A stretch of 64,000 nucleotides of DNA. Source: Candidatus Omnitrophota bacterium. Lineage in GTDB: Bacteria > Omnitrophota > Gorgyraeia > Tantalellales > Tantalellaceae. This document shows positions 27,018 to 36,433 of the stretch, piece after piece. The position numbers were made by a program, and so were the translations under genes. The stretch covers positions 6,744 through 70,743 of the forward strand of contig JBAROK010000099.1 in NCBI GenBank assembly GCA_049642065.1, read 5' to 3'. Position 1 is the stretch's first letter, and every line of letters starts with the position of its first letter. The notes below the pieces were generated by a model. It saw only the letters and a program-made list of their open reading frames with translations. It was not told the DNA's origin and did not search any database.

Positions 27018-29271
27018 CAGCTACCTCTTCAAGCTCCTCGATGTCTTCCACTAGGATCTCGCGGGGTTTTGAACCGTTGTACGATCCGACTATACCTTCT
27101 TCTTCCATTATATCTATCATCCTGGCGGCCCGGGTATATCCTACCCTGAGCTTTCTCTGAACCATCGAAACTGAAGCCTGTTTAGTTTCGATGACTATGC
27201 GCACAGCCTCATGATAAAGATCATCTTTTTCCTGTTCCACGCCAAGTTTTTTCTTTTCCTGTGTCGCAACAGCCTCATCGATGTATTGCGGACCCGCCTG
27301 CTGCTTGATGAACTTCACGACATTCTTTATCTCTGCGTCTTCCACGAGACTGCATTGTCCGCGTTTAATACCCGCAGCACCCGGTTCCATTAGAAGCATA
27401 TCTCCCCTGCCAAGAAGTTTTTCGGCACCGTTAGCATCCAGAACAGTCCTTGAATCAACCTTGGAAGCGACTTTAAAAGATATCCTGGCAGGAAGGTTCG
27501 CTTTGATAACACCTGTAATAACATTGACTGAAGGTCTTTGTGTCGCAAGTATCATGTGTATCCCCGCCGCACGTGAAAGCTGCGCAATACGCATTATTGC
27601 GCCTTCTACGTCCTGCTGGGCGACCATCATAAGATCCGCCAACTCATCCACTACCACAACTATATAAGGGAGGTTTTCATCTTCCTCAGCTTCCCTCTCC
27701 TTGTACGCATTTATGTTCCTGACGCCTTTTTCCGCGAAAACTTCGTACCTTCTTTCCATCTCGTTTATAACCCAGTTCAAGGCCGAAGCAGCTTTCTTGG
27801 GGTTAGTAACTATCGGGGAAACAAGATGCGGTATACCTTCGAACATCATCAGTTCCACCCTCTTCGGGTCTATCATCATGAACTTAAGTTCGTCCGGAGA
27901 AGAATTAAATAAGAGGCTGCTGATAATACAGTTAATACAAACGGTCTTTCCAGAACCCGTCGCACCCGCTATTAATAGATGCGGCATCTTGGCAAGATCT
28001 GCGACTATCGCGTTACCCGAAAGGTCTTTACCTAAAGCGAATTTAAGCGGAGATTCCTCGTCGTTATATTCTTCGGTCTCAAGTATGTCCTTAAGAAACA
28101 CGAACTCGCTCTTCTTGTTAGGCACCTCTATTCCTATCGTACCCTTACCTGGCAGAGGAGCAACAATGCGTATGTTCGCCGATTTCATTGCAAGCGATAT
28201 ATTGTCTCCCAGAGAAGTGATCTTATTGACCTTGGTACCTACGGCAGGTTCCAGCTCGTACATCGTTATTACAGGACCGGGGTTGATCTTAACCACTTTA
28301 GCTTCTACTCCGAATTCAAGCAGCGTGCTCTCAAGCTTAAGAGCGTTTCTTTTAAGGTCCTCTTCTCGCTCTCTTACGCTACCTTTGGGTGCTGTCTTAA
28401 GGAGGTTGATTTCCGGGAGTTTATATTCGACCTTTTCACCCGTAGTCCCGTCAGAAACAGGTGTAACGCGCACGGGTTTCGGATCTACTTTCTGCGGCTT
28501 AGCAGCCTTCACTATCTTAAGCTCGGCGGCGGAGGCTGATGTCGGTTCAGGCCTTTTTACTTCTTCGGCAGCTTTCTTCCGGGCAAGAGATGTCTTTTTA
28601 ACCTCTTCGACCTGGCTTTTCATCTTCTCGAGTTTTCTAGCGATCTCTTCCCTGGCAGCTTTTATTTTGCTCTGTTTCGATACTTTTTCCCGAACAGGCC
28701 TTTCTTCTGGTTCCGGGATCATTGATTTAAGTTTGTTCGGAGCCTTAGCTAAGAATTTCAACATGGCCATGATTATAGGCAGAATGAGAAACTCTGTCGC
28801 AATCAGTATCGACAGGATCATCATCGCTATGATGAATACCGTAGCGCCTACCCTGCCCAAGTATTCCAGAAGAAACGCCGAAACAACGCTGCCCATCAAA
28901 CCGCCTTGAGAAAATGCTATTGTGCGACTGGAGTCGGATATCATGCTTAAACTGGCACTCACAACAGTTGCAAGAACTATCGTACCGAACACTTTAAAAA
29001 ATACCTTGCGGGTTTCCAGCTGCATAAGACGCGATATACCCCATATCATTATGAGTAGCGGTATGACATACGTGGCCTTACCCATGATAAAGAGCAATAC
29101 GCCGCCTATATAAGCGCCCACTACCCCCGTAGCGTTCTGAGGTACAACATTCGGACTGCTAGTGTAAAAGGAAAGATCCTGTTCGCTGAACGTGAATATA
29201 CTAAGAAAAAGAAAAAGACTTATCGCGAACAGTATAACGGCAATAATTTCGTTTTTTCTTACTTGATCCAT
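27004..29271 (-). CDS. ftsK: DNA translocase FtsK/SpoIIIE
   Basis: An N-terminal 4-TM domain and linker are followed by Walker A (LIAGATGSGKTVCIN), Walker B (IVVVVDELADLMM) and the gamma wHTH (SVSMVQRKLRVGYTRAARMIDIMEEEGIV). The start is taken at MDQVRK so that it does not overlap uppP. Confidence 0.9.
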   Translation of the reverse strand: MDQVRKNEIIAVILFAISLFLFLSIFTFSEQDLSFYTSSPNVVPQNATGVVGAYIGGVLLFIMGKATYVIPLLIMIWGISRLMQLETRKVFFKVFGTIVLATVVSASLSMISDSSRTIAFSQGGLMGSVVSAFLLEYLGRVGATVFIIAMMILSILIATEFLILPIIMAMLKFLAKAPNKLKSMIPEPEERPVREKVSKQSKIKAAREEIARKLEKMKSQVEEVKKTSLARKKAAEEVKRPEPTSASAAELKIVKAAKPQKVDPKPVRVTPVSDGTTGEKVEYKLPEINLLKTAPKGSVREREEDLKRNALKLESTLLEFGVEAKVVKINPGPVITMYELEPAVGTKVNKITSLGDNISLAMKSANIRIVAPLPGKGTIGIEVPNKKSEFVFLKDILETEEYNDEESPLKFALGKDLSGNAIVADLAKMPHLLIAGATGSGKTVCINCIISSLLFNSSPDELKFMMIDPKRVELMMFEGIPHLVSPIVTNPKKAASALNWVINEMERRYEVFAEKGVRNINAYKEREAEEDENLPYIVVVVDELADLMMVAQQDVEGAIMRIAQLSRAAGIHMILATQRPSVNVITGVIKANLPARISFKVASKVDSRTVLDANGAEKLLGRGDMLLMEPGAAGIKRGQCSLVEDAEIKNVVKFIKQQAGPQYIDEAVATQEKKKLGVEQEKDDLYHEAVRIVIETKQASVSMVQRKLRVGYTRAARMIDIMEEEGIVGSYNGSKPREILVEDIEELEEVADGDV

Positions 29272-29285
29272 TTTGATACCACTGT

Positions 29286-30056
29286 TTATTTCCAGAAAAA
29301 TATCCCGATAGCACCTAGCAAAAGACAATATGCGGCAAATATGTACAGCATCTTGCCTTTTACAATCTTCCATAGAACGTGGAGGCTCAGGAGCCCCACA
29401 ACGAACGCTGTCATCATACCGGCCAGATAATTCACTGTGTTACCCGCCATAACCGCTCCAAGATCCACTGTCAGCGCTTTGTATAATGCGGCACCGAGTA
29501 TAACCGGTATCGACAAGAGAAAAGAGAATTTGAAAGCTTCTTCGGCTTTCATTCCTCCTGCCAGGCCCGTCGATATAGTCATCCCGCTGCGCGAGATCCC
29601 GGGTAATAGCGCAAACGCCTGAGCGATACCAACAGCTAATGCCGTAAAGAACGACAGCTTTTTTCCCGAACCGTCTCTTTTCCAGAGAGCGACCTGTCCG
29701 ATGAGAAGCACCGTACCCGTAATTACCAGCATGAACGCTACTTTTACGGGACTTGTAAAGAACGTTGATATCCGGTCCTCAAATAAAAGTGCCGCCAAAA
29801 CTGCCGGAACGGTAGCAATCGCAATATAAAAGAACCATTTAAAGTTTTTCTCTCTGATAAGAGAAACTATATCCCTGCCAAAATACAGGATAACAGCCAT
29901 CAAAGTCGCCGCGTGCAGGCATATATCAAAAAAGATGCTCGGTTCAGTAAACCCAAAAAACTTGTGAACCAGGACAAGATGGCCTGAGCTTGAGACCGGC
30001 AGAAATTCCGTCAAACCCTGCACGACTCCGGCTATTAAAGCTTCAATTAATGTCAT
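29286..30056 (-). CDS. uppP: Undecaprenyl-diphosphatase UppP (BacA)
   Basis: MTLIEALIAGVVQGLTEFLPVSSSGHLVL is the BacA signature, with eight TM helices. Confidence 0.85.
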   Translation of the reverse strand: MTLIEALIAGVVQGLTEFLPVSSSGHLVLVHKFFGFTEPSIFFDICLHAATLMAVILYFGRDIVSLIREKNFKWFFYIAIATVPAVLAALLFEDRISTFFTSPVKVAFMLVITGTVLLIGQVALWKRDGSGKKLSFFTALAVGIAQAFALLPGISRSGMTISTGLAGGMKAEEAFKFSFLLSIPVILGAALYKALTVDLGAVMAGNTVNYLAGMMTAFVVGLLSLHVLWKIVKGKMLYIFAAYCLLLGAIGIFFWK

Positions 30057-30095
30057 GTTCTTATCTCAATCCGGTCACTACTCACCGGACACTGC

Positions 30096-30545
30096 TCAAA
30101 TCCCCGTATGACCGAACCCGCCGTGAGCCCGTTCGGTCTGGCCAAGCTCTTCCATCTCCACGAATTCCGCGCAAATCACTTCGCGGATCATCATCTGAGC
30201 GAGCCTGTGCCCGCGTTCTACTGTAAAAGTTTCTTTTCCGAGATTGGTGACTATCAGGTTAAGTAAACCCCTGTAATCGCTGTCGATCGTACCGGGCGTA
30301 TTCACTAACGTGATCCCGTGTTTTAACGCCAGTCCGCTCCTGGGCCTGATCTGGGCCTCGTACCCCTCGGGTATCTCGATATATATCCCGCAAGATATAA
30401 GTTTTATCTCGCCGGGAGCGATGGACACTTCGCCTTCCACATCAGCATAAAGATCCACACCGCTGGATCCGCTGGTCGCGTAAGTCGGAATTGGCAGGTC
30501 TTTCGCGTTTTCTTTACGTTTTATGTTAACTTTTATCTTCTTCAA
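30096..30545 (-). CDS. dut: dUTP diphosphatase
   Basis: SSGVDLYA...[28 protein letters not shown] matches the dUTPase motifs. Confidence 0.85.
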   Translation of the reverse strand: MKKIKVNIKRKENAKDLPIPTYATSGSSGVDLYADVEGEVSIAPGEIKLISCGIYIEIPEGYEAQIRPRSGLALKHGITLVNTPGTIDSDYRGLLNLIVTNLGKETFTVERGHRLAQMMIREVICAEFVEMEELGQTERAHGGFGHTGI

Positions 30546-32613
30546 CTTGCTTCATACTGAGTTTGACGCGGCCCTGATCATCAATACCGATAAGTTTTAC
30601 TTTCACTTTATCGCCTTGCTTGACCACCTCGGTTACATCTTTGACATACTCTTTGGAAAGTTCCGATACATGAACGAGCCCTTCCTGCTTCGGAAGGAAT
30701 TCGACAAAAGCTCCGAAATTCGTGATGTTAACTACTGTAGCATCGTAGATCCTCCCGATTTCTGGCTCTTCGATGATACCCTGAATTATCGCTACAGCCC
30801 TATCAAGGGATTCTTTATCCGAGGAAGCTACCTGACACGTACCGTCATCCTCAATATTTATATCAGCGCCTGTATCGGCGATGATACCCCTTATCACCTT
30901 ACCGCCCGAACCAATAACGTCCCTGATCTTATCAGGCTTGACCATGATCGTTACTATTCTCGGAGCGTACGGAGCTATATCATCAAGCGGCTTAGCAATG
31001 GTCTTCTTCATGTTATCGAGTATCTGCATACGCGCCTTATTCGCCTGATCAAAAGCTGCTTTCAGTATATCGAAACTAACGCCTTTTACCTTAAGGTCCA
31101 TCTGCACAGCCGTAACGCCGTCTTTCGTACCAGCCACCTTAAAGTCCATATCCCCGAAATGGTCTTCGGCTCCCGCAATGTCCGTAAGTACCGCGTAATT
31201 GTCGCCTTCTTTGACCAATCCCATCGCGATACCGCTTACAGCATCTGACAGTGGAACACCACTAGCCATAAGAGACAATGAACCCGCGCACACCGTAGCC
31301 ATGGAACTGGAACCATTAGACTCCAGTATCTCCGATACAAGCCTTATAGTGTAAGGGAATTCTTCCTTTGAAGGCAGAACCGGTGTCAGGGCCTTTTCTG
31401 CAAGAGCTCCGTGCCCGATCTCTCTTCTTCCGGGACCACGCATTGGACGTGCCTCACCGACACTGAACGGCGGAAAGTTATAATGAAGCATGAAAGACTT
31501 GAACGTCTCTCCCTCCAAAGCATCTATGCGCTGCTCATCCGCTGCTGTCCCCAAAGTGGTAACAGCCAGCGCCTGAGTCTCCCCACGAGTGAAAAGTCCC
31601 GAACCGTGAGTCTGCGGAAGTATGTTTATGTCGGAAGTTAATTCTCTTATCTCATCAAACTTCCTGCCGTCGACACGTTTTTTCTCGTTAAGGGTGAGAT
31701 CCCTGAGAACTTCTTTCTCTAGCTTGTATATAACCCTTTTGACGTCTCCGGCGACGCTTTCATCTTCAGAGCCACCTTCCTCTTCAGTCAGCTGCTCTTT
31801 AAGCGCATCCAGGCCAGTAACTCTTTGCTGTTTCTCTGTAAGCTGCATTATCTCTTTCAGCTTACCCTGAGCCTTAGGTTTGATCTTCTGATAAAGTTCT
31901 TCGTTCACTCCAACATAGGTGACATCTTCTCTTTTTGGTTTTCCAACTTTCTTTGCCAACTGATTCTGTATATCCAAAAGAGGTTTCAAATTATCGTGAC
32001 CGAACTTAATCGCTTCGATCATCGTATCTTCGCTAAGCTTGTCGCATCCGGATTCCAGCATTATAACGCTTTCTTCATTCCCGACTACGATAAGATCCAG
32101 CTTAGAATCTTCCATTTCAGCGAACGTAGGATTGACAACGAACTTATCGCCTACAAGCCCTACTCTTACGCCGCCTATGGGACCGTTAAACGGTATATCC
32201 GATATGGTAAGAGCCGCTGAGGCTCCTATGATACCCAGTATATCGGAATCGTTCTTACTGTCCGAGGACAAAACGGTAGCTATGACCTGAACCTCATTCG
32301 ACATCCCTTCCGGGAAAAGCGGCCTTATGGGCCTGTCTATCATCCGAGATGTCAGGATAGCTTTCTGCGAAGGACGTCCCTCTCTTTTGAAAAACCCGCC
32401 GGGTATTTTACCTGCAGCGAATGTTTTTTCCTGATACTCAACTGTCAATGGAAAAAAATCCAGCCCCTCTCTGGGCTGATGTGAACACACCGCGGTTACA
32501 AGGACCATAGTCCCACCGTACTGCACAGTAACGGCACCATCGGCCTGCTTAGCTAATTTTCCCGTACTTATAACTATCTCTTCTCCACCGAGCTTGATTT
32601 TAACATCTGTCAT
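30526..32613 (-). CDS. pnp: Polyribonucleotide nucleotidyltransferase (PNPase)
   Basis: The 695-aa product has two RNase PH domains, a KH domain ([12 protein letters not shown]) and an S1 domain ([20 protein letters not shown]). Confidence 0.95.
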   Translation of the reverse strand: MTDVKIKLGGEEIVISTGKLAKQADGAVTVQYGGTMVLVTAVCSHQPREGLDFFPLTVEYQEKTFAAGKIPGGFFKREGRPSQKAILTSRMIDRPIRPLFPEGMSNEVQVIATVLSSDSKNDSDILGIIGASAALTISDIPFNGPIGGVRVGLVGDKFVVNPTFAEMEDSKLDLIVVGNEESVIMLESGCDKLSEDTMIEAIKFGHDNLKPLLDIQNQLAKKVGKPKREDVTYVGVNEELYQKIKPKAQGKLKEIMQLTEKQQRVTGLDALKEQLTEEEGGSEDESVAGDVKRVIYKLEKEVLRDLTLNEKKRVDGRKFDEIRELTSDINILPQTHGSGLFTRGETQALAVTTLGTAADEQRIDALEGETFKSFMLHYNFPPFSVGEARPMRGPGRREIGHGALAEKALTPVLPSKEEFPYTIRLVSEILESNGSSSMATVCAGSLSLMASGVPLSDAVSGIAMGLVKEGDNYAVLTDIAGAEDHFGDMDFKVAGTKDGVTAVQMDLKVKGVSFDILKAAFDQANKARMQILDNMKKTIAKPLDDIAPYAPRIVTIMVKPDKIRDVIGSGGKVIRGIIADTGADINIEDDGTCQVASSDKESLDRAVAIIQGIIEEPEIGRIYDATVVNITNFGAFVEFLPKQEGLVHVSELSKEYVKDVTEVVKQGDKVKVKLIGIDDQGRVKLSMKQVEEDKS

Positions 32614-32691
32614 TGTTTACAACTCCCTCTTCTTACAACTTTCCATACAAATACAATCGAATACAATAATGCAAAATAGAAGGGACACGTA

Positions 32692-32961
32692 TTACTTTCT
32701 GAGTCCCAGCGTTTTGATGAGCTCTTGATATTTATCGTTATCAGAGGATCTCAGGTAAGTCAAAAGCTTTCTTCTCTTGTTGATCAGGAGCAGTAGCCCC
32801 CTTCTGGAATGGTGATCTTTTTTGTGCTTTTTGAAATGCTCCGTCAGATTACTGATACGCTCTGTTATGAGAGCTACCTGTACTTCCGGAGAACCCGTAT
32901 CCGAATCATGCTGCTTAAATTCCCCAATAATCTCCTGTTTTTTTCCCTTTACTATAGACAT
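32692..32961 (-). CDS. rpsO: 30S ribosomal protein S15
   Basis: The 89-aa product contains [35 protein letters not shown]...LGLRK. Confidence 0.9.
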   Translation of the reverse strand: MSIVKGKKQEIIGEFKQHDSDTGSPEVQVALITERISNLTEHFKKHKKDHHSRRGLLLLINKRRKLLTYLRSSDNDKYQELIKTLGLRK

Positions 32962-32987
32962 TCTTCACCTCCTCCCCAAATGTACTG

Positions 32988-33020
32988 AGAAAGCCCCCCT
33001 ACCTTGGGGGCTCTTCTCAA
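32988..33020 (-). promoter_or_regulatory. Stable hairpin in the rpsO 5' leader (possible S15 autoregulatory element, or the ribF terminator)
   Basis: On the minus strand GAGAAGAGCCCCCaaggtagGGGGGCTTTCTC forms a 12-bp stem. It lies about 25 nt upstream of the GGGGAGGAGG ribosome-binding site of rpsO. Confidence 0.35.
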
Positions 33021-33128
33021 GTTATCAGGGCTTATGTTAGCATATAAGTATAATTTTGTAAATATATAACTAGGGGATTTGTAATTATTATAGATAATTA
33101 GGGGCGAGTCCTGCCTAGTGAGTAAACT

Positions 33129-34106
33129 CTATAAGTATTTATACCGCTTTATCTTCCAGAGTATTTTTTTGCTTGAAAGTACATCTTTAGCCTTCAGGAT
33201 ATCCCTTTTTATCTGCCGAATAAGTGCTTCCCTCGTCTTAAAATGTTTCTCTTTTCTGAGCCTTTTTATGAAAAATATCTCTATATTCTGACCGTATAAA
33301 TCACCTTCATACCCGATTACGTGAACCTCTATACGAGGTTCCTTTCTTTTCTTCAATTTAGTACCATAAAAGGTTGGTTTAAACCCTCTATTCAGTACAC
33401 CATCATACAACTTCCCGGAAATATCCACTTTCACGGCATACACACCAGACGGAGGTATAACTTCCTGATGGGGATCTATATTTGCGGTGGGGTTACCTAA
33501 CGTCTTGCCGAGCTCGTCGCCTTTTACTACCGTTCCCAGAACCGATACCGGCCTCCTCAGAAGCTGCTCGGCTCGTGCGATCTTTCCCTCTTTAATGAGC
33601 TTCCTGAGCCACGTACTGCTTACAACTTTCCCACCTTTTTTGACAGGTTGCACTATCTGTACGTCTATACCACACTCCCGGCCTATCTCTTTGAACTTCT
33701 CGACATTCCCACTCTTGCCTTTACCAAAATGAAAATTGTTGCCAACATAGACTTTCCTGGCACCGATACTTTTAATAACCTTTTTTACAAATTCTTCCGG
33801 GGACATCATTGCAACAGAATCAGTGAAACGTATCACTATGACCGCGTCTAGGCCCATTTTTTCAAGAATGAAGAGCCTGTGATCGAGCGACATGATCCTA
33901 GGCGGTCTTTTCCCCGGCCTCAAAATGGTCTGGGGATGCGGATCAAAAGTCACTACAACTTTTTCTCTTGCGGGCTCACGAAAGCTAAGCAGTTTCTTTA
34001 TCACGCGCTTATGCCCTAAGTGTATCCCGTCAAAGATACCTATAGCGATGATCGGGTCTTTAAGCTTTTTCTCAAGGTTCCTGTACCCGTATAATATTTG
34101 CATCAA
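33129..34106 (-). CDS. ribF: Bifunctional riboflavin kinase / FMN adenylyltransferase
   Basis: PIIAIGIFDGIHLGHKRVI is the nucleotidyltransferase motif, and a C-terminal riboflavin kinase domain follows. The start is taken at MQILYGY. Confidence 0.85.
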   Translation of the reverse strand: MMQILYGYRNLEKKLKDPIIAIGIFDGIHLGHKRVIKKLLSFREPAREKVVVTFDPHPQTILRPGKRPPRIMSLDHRLFILEKMGLDAVIVIRFTDSVAMMSPEEFVKKVIKSIGARKVYVGNNFHFGKGKSGNVEKFKEIGRECGIDVQIVQPVKKGGKVVSSTWLRKLIKEGKIARAEQLLRRPVSVLGTVVKGDELGKTLGNPTANIDPHQEVIPPSGVYAVKVDISGKLYDGVLNRGFKPTFYGTKLKKRKEPRIEVHVIGYEGDLYGQNIEIFFIKRLRKEKHFKTREALIRQIKRDILKAKDVLSSKKILWKIKRYKYL

Positions 34107-34767
34107 ATTTTTCCCTATCCAGTTTAGAAAGTTCAGAGAATGGTATCGATCCATCCAGCGAAAAAGATCCGGAACGTGTGCGCCTTAGTTCTGTAAGATG
34201 TGCCCCACAACCCAGTTTCTCCCCGATATCTTCCGCGAGTTGTCTTATGTAAGTGCCTTTACTGCAAACTGTCCTGAAAGTAACAAAAGGGATCTCTGTC
34301 TTTATTACCTCAATGTCTTCGATAAATATCTTCTGCGGTTTCCTTTCAACTTCCACGCCTTTTCTCGCGAGCTTATACAACCTTCTGCCATTAACCTTTT
34401 TTGCCGATACCATCGGTGGCGTCTGTTCCACTTCACCGATAAAGGAGTTAACTGCTTCTGCAATCTCCTTGCCGGAAACGGCTACATCCCTGGTCAAAGT
34501 AACCGTTCCGTCCATATCACCCGTATCAGTCTTCTGACCGAGCTTCATTACGGCAACATATTCCTTCTCTTCACCCGAATACTTGCCGGAAAGTTTTGTC
34601 GCCCTGCCCAGTAAAAGCACAAGAACGCCCGTTGCCCCGGGATCAAGCGTACCGGCATGCCCCACTTTTTTTATCGAGAACCTTCTTCTTACCATCTTCA
34701 CGACGTCGTGGCTCGTCATGCCTTTTTCTTTATCAACTACTAGTATTCCGATCGGATCTTCCGTCAT
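34072..34767 (-). CDS. truB: tRNA pseudouridine(55) synthase
   Basis: GILVVDKEKGMTSHDVV...GHAGTLDPGATGVLVL matches TruB. Confidence 0.85.
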   Translation of the reverse strand: MTEDPIGILVVDKEKGMTSHDVVKMVRRRFSIKKVGHAGTLDPGATGVLVLLLGRATKLSGKYSGEEKEYVAVMKLGQKTDTGDMDGTVTLTRDVAVSGKEIAEAVNSFIGEVEQTPPMVSAKKVNGRRLYKLARKGVEVERKPQKIFIEDIEVIKTEIPFVTFRTVCSKGTYIRQLAEDIGEKLGCGAHLTELRRTRSGSFSLDGSIPFSELSKLDREKFDANIIRVQEP

Positions 34768-34768
34768 G

Positions 34769-35758
34769 CTACCTGCTCTTTTGCTGCTTAATCGCTTCTT
34801 TCGCCGTTGCCAAAACTTTCTCGCGGGTTTCTTCTAAAGACGCGATCAGAGTACACCCGGAAGCCTGCGCATGCCCTCCGCCACCGAAGCTGGAGGCGAC
34901 CGCATTAACATCAACCTTCCCGGAAGACCGGAAACTCACGTTTATCCTGTCCGGATAATTTATGTTCTCCTTGAAAAATATCGCCACTTCAACGCCTTTT
35001 ACCGAACGAGGAAAATTAATGAATTCATCAGTGGGCACGCTTTCCACGCCTTCTTCCATATACATCTTACGGGTTAGACTCATGTGAGCCAACCGACCCT
35101 CAGCTTCAACCTCAAGCGTCGCAAGTACTTTGCCGAGAAGCCGCACCTGTGCAAGATCCTTGCTCTCGAATATCTCGCCATGCAGGTCCTTCGGGTTCAG
35201 TCCCCACTCAATAAGCTCACCTACCACTTCGTGCGTAGCTTTTGAGGTGTTAGTATAATTGAACATCCCCGTATCCGTAACTATGGCGGTATAGATCGCC
35301 TCGGATAGTTCCTTGTCGATAACCATTTGCGTCTTTTTAGCAATATGGAAGACCATCTCCCCGACGGAACTTACCGTCGATTCCACCCAATTCACATCGC
35401 CGAAAAATTCATTGCTCACGTGATGATCAATGTTTATAACGAACTTTTTCGCGTCATCAAGGCCGGGAATATTCCCAGTTCTTTCCTTAACCGGGCAATC
35501 CAGCACAACCAGCGTCTCCGGACAAAACCCTTCCGGCACTTCACGTGATATAAGATTGGCACCTTTGAGAAACTTAAGATTCTCCGGCACTTCGTCATGA
35601 TCCACTATGATAGCCTTCTTGCCCCATTTTTTAAGAATATGGCGTATCGCTATTTGGCTTCCTATAGAATCTCCTTCAGGATTAACGTGCGCCATGATCA
35701 GGAAATTATCCCTGGTCTCCAGCTCCCTGATCACCTTGTCCATGCTGTCAATGTCCAT
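34769..35758 (-). CDS. nrnA: DHH/DHHA1 phosphoesterase (NrnA-like oligoribonuclease / pAp phosphatase)
   Basis: DHH motifs MAHVNPEGDSIGS and NIDHH are present, with a DHHA1 C-domain (GGGGHAQASG). Confidence 0.75.
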   Translation of the reverse strand: MDIDSMDKVIRELETRDNFLIMAHVNPEGDSIGSQIAIRHILKKWGKKAIIVDHDEVPENLKFLKGANLISREVPEGFCPETLVVLDCPVKERTGNIPGLDDAKKFVINIDHHVSNEFFGDVNWVESTVSSVGEMVFHIAKKTQMVIDKELSEAIYTAIVTDTGMFNYTNTSKATHEVVGELIEWGLNPKDLHGEIFESKDLAQVRLLGKVLATLEVEAEGRLAHMSLTRKMYMEEGVESVPTDEFINFPRSVKGVEVAIFFKENINYPDRINVSFRSSGKVDVNAVASSFGGGGHAQASGCTLIASLEETREKVLATAKEAIKQQKSR

Positions 35759-36134
35759 CGCTTGTCCCTTCTGTTTCGTCCGTCTCTATGCCAAGCTCTT
35801 CCTCTATCTTACTGAAAAGCCTGTCCATCGATTCTTCCCGTTTTGTCTCTTTATCTTCCCTGAACAATATGCGGGGAATATACTTAAGGGTTATGCGTTC
35901 GGCAAGTTCTTTCCTGACGAACCCGCCAGAACTTTTAAGCCCTTTCGCTACCTCTTCACTGGTAAACTCTTCGCTGTCAGTCACGTAAAAGACCTTCGCA
36001 AGACGCAAGTCCCGTGTCATTTCTACCCGTGTTATAGTTACGTGGCTTACCCTAGGATCTTCAATATCTTCCTGCAGAATAACCGATATCTCCCGCTCCA
36101 CCATCTTCTGTAATCTATCCATTCTGTCAATCAC
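35748..36134 (-). CDS. rbfA: Ribosome-binding factor A
   Basis: RLQKMVEREISVILQEDIEDPRVSHVTITRVEMTRDLRLAKVFY matches RbfA. Confidence 0.8.
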   Translation of the reverse strand: MIDRMDRLQKMVEREISVILQEDIEDPRVSHVTITRVEMTRDLRLAKVFYVTDSEEFTSEEVAKGLKSSGGFVRKELAERITLKYIPRILFREDKETKREESMDRLFSKIEEELGIETDETEGTSDGH

Positions 36135-36149
36135 ATAAACCTCATAAAC

Positions 36150-36431
36150 TTATAATATTTCCGTCGTATGGTCTAACACCATAAGCCTGTTCTCTGCCTC
36201 AATAAAATCAACTATACTGTCGAGACACGAAGAAAGATGTTTTTTATCATTCGAGATGGTAACTACCCCTAGAACAGCCTTTTGCCATTTATCCATCTCC
36301 TCGACTTCCGCGACAGAGACATTGAACTTATTCTTCAACCGGTCCTTCAGTCTTCTTAAAATCCCGCGCTTCTCTTTGAGAGAAGAGCTTTCTCCCAGAT
36401 GCAGCTCTATCCTTAATGCCCCAATATGCAT
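36150..36431 (-). CDS. DUF503 (YlxP-like) protein
   Basis: MHIGALRIELHLGESSSLKEKRGILRRLKDRLKNKFNVSVAEV matches DUF503. It sits upstream of rbfA, the usual position. Confidence 0.7.
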   Translation of the reverse strand: MHIGALRIELHLGESSSLKEKRGILRRLKDRLKNKFNVSVAEVEEMDKWQKAVLGVVTISNDKKHLSSCLDSIVDFIEAENRLMVLDHTTEIL

Positions 36432-36433
36432 GG

